DNA of 53,415 nucleotides, from NCBI GenBank assembly GCA_022865345.1, contig JALHSU010000261.1, forward strand, positions 1 through 53,415. The letters run 5' to 3'. Made by a program: the position numbers and the translations under genes. The stretch comes from Candidatus Zixiibacteriota bacterium (GTDB lineage Bacteria > Zixibacteria > MSB-5A5 > RBG-16-43-9). This document shows, piece after piece, positions 43,192 to 50,582 of the stretch; the first letter of the stretch is position 1, and every line of letters starts with the position of its first letter. Below the pieces are notes generated by a model. It was not told the DNA's origin. It saw only the letters and a program-made list of their open reading frames with translations, and searched no databases.

Positions 43192-43923
43192 ATGCAGCAT
43201 AAAGAGGACTTGACGTATTCAGAAGCGATTGAGCAAGTAATGTTACATAATGGATATTTTGCACCATTAAAATTGCTTTACAAAGAAATCTGGAAGTATA
43301 AAGACCAATCAAAAATTGTTGGAAAGACACCGCATATGACAATACAAGAAAGAGTTCAGAGAGATGCAAGATTTACAAGAATTGGACTTGGAGTATATGC
43401 ACTTGCCAAATTTCTTGATAAATTACCAAAAATAACTTTACCAAAAACCGAATCCGAGAAGAAAGAACGACTACATGCAAGAATTCAAGGAATGCTTATT
43501 GAAATTGGTAATAACAGAAATGAAGTCGAAAACACTTATACAAATGATAAGAAATGGATTTTTGATAATAAGACTTTGGGAAGTTTAGCAACCCTTGCAG
43601 AAGTCCCGCCTTTTACTTTCGAAAACATTATAAATGAAACTGTTCGTTTCTTTGACGTAATTTGGTTCAATCGTAGAAATTTTCCAATTCAGATTTTTGA
43701 AATAGAACGTTCTACTAATTTTAGAGATGCCCTTGTAAAGTTTATGGAGTTACAAGATTTCAGAACTACATTCTGTTGTATTTCAAATGAAGATAAAAAA
43801 CAAAAGTTTCAAAGGGAATTAAGTAAAACTGCTTTTGAGGCATTAAGAAATATATGTAAATTCTTTTCTTATGACCAAGTTGAAAGTGATTATAAAATAG
43901 CATTGAGTGAAACATATTTGTGA
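43192..43923 (+). CDS. hypothetical protein: N-terminal HARE-HTH-like winged helix plus C-terminal PD-(D/E)xK-like nuclease candidate
   Basis: 243 aa, low GC, own promoter. GKTPHMTIQERVQRDARFTRIGLGVYAL resembles the HARE-HTH signature. The C-terminal H..IQGMLIEIG ... FFDVIWF ... IQIFEIERS layout resembles restriction-endonuclease-fold cores (D155, E170, E172 by my numbering). Pattern recognition only; no search was run. Confidence 0.5.
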   Translation: MQHKEDLTYSEAIEQVMLHNGYFAPLKLLYKEIWKYKDQSKIVGKTPHMTIQERVQRDARFTRIGLGVYALAKFLDKLPKITLPKTESEKKERLHARIQGMLIEIGNNRNEVENTYTNDKKWIFDNKTLGSLATLAEVPPFTFENIINETVRFFDVIWFNRRNFPIQIFEIERSTNFRDALVKFMELQDFRTTFCCISNEDKKQKFQRELSKTAFEALRNICKFFSYDQVESDYKIALSETYL

Positions 43924-44192
43924 TGATAATTGATGGCTATGAAATAACTGCTTTTACCAATCTGAGCGAAGAAATTTGCACAAAGATTCTTGACATTGTA
44001 CAAAGAGAATTTGGCGAAATTGGAGATTTCTTAATTCAGGATGATGAAGTCGGTTTTCGAGTCTACAGAGGTTATTTTGAAAACGCACCTAAACTGATTA
44101 CAGCAGAGGAAATAAAATTAAAATTGATTGAAAAATCCGATTACCATTTCGCGCTTGGTTATGAAATTTATATAAGGAATGTAAAGGATTAA
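43923..44192 (+). CDS. hypothetical small protein (about 89 aa) coupled to the upstream gene
   Basis: ATG 43923 overlaps the upstream TGA (TGATG); a GTG at 43920 is also possible. Low GC. No recognisable motif. Confidence 0.5.
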   Translation: MIIDGYEITAFTNLSEEICTKILDIVQREFGEIGDFLIQDDEVGFRVYRGYFENAPKLITAEEIKLKLIEKSDYHFALGYEIYIRNVKD

Positions 44193-44372
44193 GCTGCTTT
44201 TTCTTGCATAAAAAACATTCAAAAGTAATTTCAGCAGTTGAATGGAAAGCCATTGGAAAAAGCCTGGTGTAAATTATCCAAATTCAAAGATATATTGAGT
44301 ATGAGTTGCAAAACGATAATTTGAAGTTCGATGAAATAAAATACTAATAATCTACAAGCCTTTAAGAATCAG

Positions 44373-46004
44373 ATGTTTCACTCCGCACAAACAGACATAG
44401 TAGACTTTTTGATCATCGGCTCAGGCATAGCTGGACTTTCCTATGCTTTGAAGGTCTCAGAGTTAGGAAGCGTTGCCATAATCACCAAGAAAAAGGACTC
44501 AGAATCTAACACCAATTATGCCCAGGGAGGGATTGCTGCGGTTTTATCGCCGGATGATTCTTTTGAGCTTCATATTCAGGACACTCTGAAGGCTGGAGAC
44601 GGGATTTGTAATCCAGAAGTGGTCAAGAAAGTGGTACAAGCAGGTCCTTTGGAAGTGCAGGAGCTCCTTAATATCGGTGTGAATTTCTCCAAAACGAAAG
44701 ACCAGTTTGACCTGGGAAGAGAGGGCGGGCATTCACGCAAGCGGGTGGCTCATGCGGCTGACCTGACCGGAAGAGAGATCGAAACTGCACTTATCCAGTC
44801 TGTAAAGACCAGAAAAAACATAAAAATCTATGAAGACCACATAGCTGTTGACTTAATCACCCAACATCATCTCAAAGATTACCGGAGAAAACCGGGAGAT
44901 AGAATAATATGCTGGGGGGCTTATGTGCTGGATGTGAAAAAAGGGAGAGTGGATAAATTACTGAGCCGGATTACCCTTTTAGCTACAGGAGGTGCCGGCA
45001 GGATCTACCAGCATACCACTAACCCGGATATTGCCACAGGGGATGGCCTTGCTATGGCTTACCGTGCAGGCGCCCGGGTGGCAAATTTAGAATTCATCCA
45101 GTTCCATCCCACTTCTTTATTTCATCCTAAAGGCGACTCTTTTCTCATTTCCGAGACGGTTCGGGGAGAAGGAGGAAAATTGAAATTGAAGTCCGGAAAA
45201 ACCTTTATGGAGAGCTACCATCCTCAAAAAGAGCTTGCTCCCAGGGACGTGGTTGCCAGGGCAATAGATGCGGAGCTTAAGAAAAGCGGAGACTCCTGCG
45301 TATATCTGGACATCACTCATCTGGACAAGGAATTCATCCTGCGAAGATTCCCCAATATCTTTGGCCGCTGCCTGGCTCTGGGGATAGACATTACCAGGGA
45401 CTGGATACCGGTAGTTCCGGCAGCCCATTATATGTGTGGAGGAGTCGTCACCAATCTGGATGCGGAAACTGACATTGACAACCTCTATGCCTGCGGTGAA
45501 GTGGCGATGACCGGAATGCACGGTGCCAACCGGCTGGCATCCAATTCCCTGCTGGAAGCAGTTGCTTTTGCGAATTTTGCCGCTGAAGCCTCAAGAAGGA
45601 AATTTGAATCTGACAGGAGTTTTGATTTTCCCCGGATACCTGAATGGAGCACCAAAGGAGTTTTTGACCAGAAGGAATGGGTGATAATCTCCCATGCCAG
45701 GCAGGAGATACAGTCTTTTATGTGGAATTTGGTGGGTATTGTCAGATCAAACAGCCGTCTGGAGATGGCTAAAGCGAGGATCGACATTCTGCTTGAGGAG
45801 ATAACCGAATTCTATCATAAAAATCCAGTGACCTATGAGGTCATAGAGTTGAGAAACATCTCTCAGGTGGCAGAGCTTGTCATCCGCTCCGCTCTTTTGC
45901 GTAAAGAAAGCAGAGGCTTGCATTATAATCAGGATTACCCGAAAAAGGATGACCAGAACTGGAAAAAGGATACGGTTCTCCTTGAAGTTGAATCTGAGGA
46001 GTAA
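44373..46004 (+). CDS. nadB: L-aspartate oxidase
   Basis: 543 aa. DFLIIGSGIAGLS FAD motif and the HYMCGG and RGLHYN blocks. Confidence 0.93.
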   Translation: MFHSAQTDIVDFLIIGSGIAGLSYALKVSELGSVAIITKKKDSESNTNYAQGGIAAVLSPDDSFELHIQDTLKAGDGICNPEVVKKVVQAGPLEVQELLNIGVNFSKTKDQFDLGREGGHSRKRVAHAADLTGREIETALIQSVKTRKNIKIYEDHIAVDLITQHHLKDYRRKPGDRIICWGAYVLDVKKGRVDKLLSRITLLATGGAGRIYQHTTNPDIATGDGLAMAYRAGARVANLEFIQFHPTSLFHPKGDSFLISETVRGEGGKLKLKSGKTFMESYHPQKELAPRDVVARAIDAELKKSGDSCVYLDITHLDKEFILRRFPNIFGRCLALGIDITRDWIPVVPAAHYMCGGVVTNLDAETDIDNLYACGEVAMTGMHGANRLASNSLLEAVAFANFAAEASRRKFESDRSFDFPRIPEWSTKGVFDQKEWVIISHARQEIQSFMWNLVGIVRSNSRLEMAKARIDILLEEITEFYHKNPVTYEVIELRNISQVAELVIRSALLRKESRGLHYNQDYPKKDDQNWKKDTVLLEVESEE

Positions 46005-46019
46005 AAGGAGTTGATCTGA

Positions 46020-47561
46020 ATGCTAAAAAAAGAAGAGACCATCGTCATTCTCGATTTCGGGTCACAGTACACCCAGCTTATTGCCCGGCGAGTCAGGGAA
46101 AGCAAAGTCTATTGTGAGATTTTACCTTTTAACGCCAATCCTGATTCGTTCAATGATAAAAATCTCAAAGGGATAATCCTTTCCGGCGGACCATCCAGCG
46201 TCTTTGATGAAGGAGCTCCAGTCTGCGATATAAAAGTATTTGAATTGAATGTCCCGATCTTAGGCATCTGCTATGGACTTCAGCTACTGGCATATCTATT
46301 TGGTGGGAAAGTGGAGAAAAGTAAAAGCCGGGAGTACGGAAAAGCAATAATCAGAATCGAGGAGCATAAAGACCTTTTCAAAGGTTTCAAAAAAAAGCTG
46401 CAGGTCTGGATGAGCCATGGGGATTTCGTATCTAAACTTCCTAAAGGATATAGAAAATTAGCCTCATCTGAGAATATCCCTTTTGCCGCAGTTAAAAATC
46501 CAAAAAAGAAAATCTTCGGTGTGCAGTTCCATCCTGAAGTTGCTCATACCCAGAACGGAATAAGGATAATTCAAAATTTCCTCTATGACATCTGTGAATG
46601 TCACGGCGAATGGACCCCCAAATCGTTTATCCAATCAACGGTAAAAGAGATAAAAGTAAAAGTCGGAAATGAAAAAGTCGTCCTGGGATTAAGCGGAGGA
46701 GTTGATTCCTCTGTTTGTGCGCTCCTGGTGAATAAAGCACTTGGAAAACAGCTCAACTGTATCTTCGTGGATAATGGCCTGTTGAGAAAAAACGAAGCCC
46801 AGCAGGTTAAGGAGGCTTTTAAAGATTTTGATATGAACATAATCTTCGTGGATGCTTCGGAGAAGTTCCTATCACGCTTAAAAGAAGTAATCGACCCGGA
46901 AGAGAAAAGAAGAATCATCGGCAGGATATTTATTGAAGTTTTTGAAGAGGAAGCCAATAAGATAGGTGAGGTGAGATTTTTAACCCAGGGTACTTTATAT
47001 CCGGACGTGATCGAATCAACTTCTTTTAAAGGACCTTCTGCTACCATCAAGAGTCATCATAATGTTGGAGGTCTGCCTGCAGAGATGAATTTAAAATTGA
47101 TTGAACCCTTAAGAGAGCTGTTCAAAGACGAGGTGCGCAGAATCGGAAAGGAGCTAAAACTGCCGGATAATATTATTGGAAGGCACCCCTTCCCTGGTCC
47201 CGGCTTAGCCGTGAGGATTTTAGGCGAGATCACCAGAGAAAGGTTAGATATTCTGAGAGAAGCGGACGACATTTTTATTCAGGAGCTAAAAAGCTCAAAA
47301 CATTACCAAAAAGTCTGGCAGGCTTTCTGCGTTCTTTTGCCAGTCCAGTCAGTTGGGGTGATGGGGGATGAAAGAACTTACGAGAATGTCGTTGCCTTAA
47401 GAGCTGTTACCAGCTTAGACGGGATGACTGCAGACTGGGCACATCTCCCTTATGATTTAATAGGAAAAATCTCCAATCGAATAATTAACGAGGTCAAGGG
47501 AATAAACCGAGTAGTCTACGACGTCAGCTCCAAACCCCCAGCCACAATCGAGTGGGAATAA
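46020..47561 (+). CDS. guaA: GMP synthase (glutamine-hydrolysing)
   Basis: 513 aa. GATase GICYG...HPE, ATP-PPase SGGVDSS, C-terminal ...PPATIEWE. Confidence 0.96.
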   Translation: MLKKEETIVILDFGSQYTQLIARRVRESKVYCEILPFNANPDSFNDKNLKGIILSGGPSSVFDEGAPVCDIKVFELNVPILGICYGLQLLAYLFGGKVEKSKSREYGKAIIRIEEHKDLFKGFKKKLQVWMSHGDFVSKLPKGYRKLASSENIPFAAVKNPKKKIFGVQFHPEVAHTQNGIRIIQNFLYDICECHGEWTPKSFIQSTVKEIKVKVGNEKVVLGLSGGVDSSVCALLVNKALGKQLNCIFVDNGLLRKNEAQQVKEAFKDFDMNIIFVDASEKFLSRLKEVIDPEEKRRIIGRIFIEVFEEEANKIGEVRFLTQGTLYPDVIESTSFKGPSATIKSHHNVGGLPAEMNLKLIEPLRELFKDEVRRIGKELKLPDNIIGRHPFPGPGLAVRILGEITRERLDILREADDIFIQELKSSKHYQKVWQAFCVLLPVQSVGVMGDERTYENVVALRAVTSLDGMTADWAHLPYDLIGKISNRIINEVKGINRVVYDVSSKPPATIEWE

Positions 47562-47564
47562 TCA

Positions 47565-47591
47565 GTAGAGACGCATCGCATGCGTCTCTAC
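47565..47591. repeat. GTAGAGACGCAT-CGC-ATGCGTCTCTAC palindrome between convergent guaA and kinase genes
   Basis: Read directly. Relatives at 4554-4580 and 32284-. Confidence 0.9.
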
Positions 47592-47612
47592 CCAGCAGTT
47601 CGCCTTTTTCCC

Positions 47613-47640
47613 TGTCTACTGTCTGCTGTCTACTGTCTAC
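47613..47640. repeat. four tandem heptamers TGTCTAC/TGTCTGC (GTAGACA on the kinase sense strand)
   Basis: tgtctac tgtctgc tgtctac tgtctac. The kinase stop codon lies in the last unit. A degenerate three-unit copy lies at 50580-50600 at the 3' end of the paralog. Confidence 0.85.
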
Positions 47641-50561
47641 TTTTTTAGTTTTTTTAGCCTTTCCTTCGCATCTGCAACTTCTGGAATCCCCGGGTCAGCA
47701 TTCTTCCAGATATCCAGAAACTCCTCATATTTCTCAATCGCTTTGTTGTTCCAGCCCGATTTCTCATAAGCCAAACCCAGAAGATAATAAGCTTTCACTG
47801 CTTCTGTACGCCATACCCTGTCATTATCATATCTCGAAAGTGCCTTTTCTAATTCAGCTACTGCTTCGTCCAGTCTGCCTATCTTTAAGTAAATTTCCGC
47901 AAGATGAGTACGCCTGTAAAAAGATGGGGTCGGGGCATCTTTCTCTGCCTTTTCAAAATAATCTATTGCCGTCTTAATGTTTCCTTTAGCCTGTTCAATG
48001 TCACCTAAGGTCCACCAATAAATATACATCAGGGTTGGATTCTTTTGCTCAATATCCTTTTTGAAAGCCCGGGTGAGTTCTTCAGCTTCACTGATTTTTC
48101 CACTCTTTGCCAGAAGACTGGCATAATAATCCTTCCCATTGTCCGGGTCGTTAGGTGTTACCTTTTTAAGAATTTCTATGCCAATTTCTGCTTCTTTTAG
48201 TGCTAAACTCCACTTTTTCTTATCCTCATAGATTGATGCCTTCATGAGATGTTTATATGCATTCGCCTCTTCCTCAACCTGTTCCATTCTGTCTGCTGCA
48301 ATACCATCGTCTAAAGTCCTAAGGGCTTCTTCGAGCTTTCCCTGGTATAGGGGAATCAAAGCTAAGCAGAGCCTGCCTCCTGACCTGTAAACCTTCTCGT
48401 TGCTGGAAGAAAGTGCCTCATAACAGCTTTCCGCATGAGCATAATCCCTTTTGAAAAGATACATATCCCCCAGTTTGAACCGAGACATATAGAAGTCCGG
48501 TTTTATCTCTAAAGCTTTTTTGTAAGATTCAATTGCCTGGTCGAGCTTACCATTCCAGGCATATAAATCAGCTCTTGAATCGTAGGGATTAGGTTCATCC
48601 GGGGCTAATTCTATATACTTATTTATAGCCCAGATGGATTTATCAAAATCCCCGATTTCATTGTAAGCATAGGCAAGGGCATTATATGCAACCTTATAGA
48701 GAGGATCTATCTGAATGGCTTTGTTAAGGTAATAAATTGCCTCTTTGAACTCGTGGAGCTTATCAGCATACATGTAAGCCCCTAAAATATAAAATGCCTC
48801 TTTTTCGTCGGGATAGCGTTCCACGATCTTTTGTAGTTCTTTAATCGACTCACTGTAATTCAGTGATACATACGCGGCCCAGGATTTTATTTGATATTTT
48901 TCCTTCTGACTGGCTTTGTCCGAATATTTCACTGCTTTAGCCGTTAATCTTTTCTTCTCCTCACCCCTTTTTGAGGAAGCCAACCTGTAATATGCCATCG
49001 CAAACGTGGAATCATATTCCAGAGCTTTCATAAAACTTTTCTCCGCCTCTGTAAAGTAATATTTATTAAAGTTATCCATCCCCTCCAGATAGTAACGATA
49101 TGCCTGCTGTGAATGAGTGGTAACATCTGCTACTGGTTTTTCCAGTTCTTTTTTCGCCTGTTCCGGCAAAGTTAAAGCATTTGCTATCTGTGCACTTAAC
49201 TTGTCAACAACTGAGAATAGGTCCTCACCTGCTGCGCTGCTGACCTGTTTGGTAGCTAACAGCTTACCACTTGTGGCCTCGGATATCTCCGAGATCAAAA
49301 CCATATTCGGTTTAGTCTGAAGTACCGTTCCGGTCACAATCCATTTCACCCCCGCTTTTCTTGCAACCTCTGAGGCAACGGTTTTATCTATTACATTCAA
49401 ATTCTCTTTGCCTAAAAGCTTTAAAATGTCATATAATCTTTGACTGCTCACCACTTGCAGATATTGAGGTGATTCAGAGAGACCTGCTATCAATAGATGG
49501 GTAATCATCCGTGCAATTTTATCTTTGTCCTCAGGATCTTTCAAATTTTCAAAATACATTATGGCTAAGGAGTTCTCTTTGGCTACTGCACCTTTTTCCG
49601 GACCAATCTCAAATTTGAAAGGTCTGAGAATTAAGAAAAGTAAAACTAAGATAAAAACAACTGATGCAGGAATTGCAATCGGAAGAAATCTCCTTTTAGG
49701 CTTGGGTACTGTTACCTCTTTAGGAATCTGTCCAGTTTTCAGATATTCCAGAGTCTTCTTTTCGTGCCTCAAATCTGCTAATAAATCATCAATATGCTGG
49801 TATCTTTCCTCTTTATCTTTTGCCAGTGCTTTGAAAACTGTCCGCTCCAACTCTGATGAAACTTTATTGTTATATCTGGCTACTTGCTGGGGCTCTTCGT
49901 TGATTATAGAATAAACAATAGCAGCTTGATGTTCTCCTCCAAAAGGAAGTTTCCCGGTCAAAAGCTCATATAAAACCACTCCAAAAGAGAATATATCACT
50001 TCTGGAATCTACTTCCTCGCCTTGAGCTTGTTCTGGCGACATATAGGCAAGGGTACCTATGGTTGAACGAGTCTTGGTTAGCTTGGTGGCTCCTTTCAGT
50101 TTAGCTAAACCAAAGTCCATTATCTTAACCTGTCCCTCTTTGGTAACCATTATATTGTCTGATTTTATATCCCGATGAACTATCTCCTTCTTGTGAGCGG
50201 CGGTTAAACCTTCACAGATCTGAATTCCGATGTCTAAAACCTTTTTTATAGAAAGGGGCTCTTTTTCGATTATCTGCTTTAAAGTCTTACCCTCGCAGTA
50301 TTCCATCACTATAAACATCTGCCCCTCAAATTCATCAATCTCGTGGATGGTAGTGATGTTAGGATGATTCAGGGCAGAAGCAGACTGCGCCTCGTGGATA
50401 AAACGTTCTTTTTCTTCTCCACTTTCAGAAATGTGAGGAGGCAGAAATTTCAAAGCCACGGTGCGTTTGAGCTTAGTGTCCTCTGCTTTGTACACCACGC
50501 CCATCCCACCTTCGCCAAGCTTTTCTAAAATCTTGTAATGAGAAATTATTCTGCCGATCAT
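47637..50561 (-). CDS. Ser/Thr protein kinase with TM segment, periplasmic domain and long TPR array
   Basis: 974 aa. GEGGMGVVYKA, HRDIKSDN, DFG and SPEQ motifs. TM segment LPIAIPASVVFILVLLFLIL. At least 8 TPR-like repeats. Confidence 0.9.
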   Translation of the reverse strand: MIGRIISHYKILEKLGEGGMGVVYKAEDTKLKRTVALKFLPPHISESGEEKERFIHEAQSASALNHPNITTIHEIDEFEGQMFIVMEYCEGKTLKQIIEKEPLSIKKVLDIGIQICEGLTAAHKKEIVHRDIKSDNIMVTKEGQVKIMDFGLAKLKGATKLTKTRSTIGTLAYMSPEQAQGEEVDSRSDIFSFGVVLYELLTGKLPFGGEHQAAIVYSIINEEPQQVARYNNKVSSELERTVFKALAKDKEERYQHIDDLLADLRHEKKTLEYLKTGQIPKEVTVPKPKRRFLPIAIPASVVFILVLLFLILRPFKFEIGPEKGAVAKENSLAIMYFENLKDPEDKDKIARMITHLLIAGLSESPQYLQVVSSQRLYDILKLLGKENLNVIDKTVASEVARKAGVKWIVTGTVLQTKPNMVLISEISEATSGKLLATKQVSSAAGEDLFSVVDKLSAQIANALTLPEQAKKELEKPVADVTTHSQQAYRYYLEGMDNFNKYYFTEAEKSFMKALEYDSTFAMAYYRLASSKRGEEKKRLTAKAVKYSDKASQKEKYQIKSWAAYVSLNYSESIKELQKIVERYPDEKEAFYILGAYMYADKLHEFKEAIYYLNKAIQIDPLYKVAYNALAYAYNEIGDFDKSIWAINKYIELAPDEPNPYDSRADLYAWNGKLDQAIESYKKALEIKPDFYMSRFKLGDMYLFKRDYAHAESCYEALSSSNEKVYRSGGRLCLALIPLYQGKLEEALRTLDDGIAADRMEQVEEEANAYKHLMKASIYEDKKKWSLALKEAEIGIEILKKVTPNDPDNGKDYYASLLAKSGKISEAEELTRAFKKDIEQKNPTLMYIYWWTLGDIEQAKGNIKTAIDYFEKAEKDAPTPSFYRRTHLAEIYLKIGRLDEAVAELEKALSRYDNDRVWRTEAVKAYYLLGLAYEKSGWNNKAIEKYEEFLDIWKNADPGIPEVADAKERLKKLKK

Positions 50562-50582
50562 TTTTTTTACCCTATATACTGT

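Noticed and set aside
47552-47977. 141-aa ORF on the plus strand, and other plus-strand ORFs inside 47.6-53.4 kb
   Set aside because: They are antisense to the two well-supported kinase/TPR genes, have low-complexity composition and no SD.
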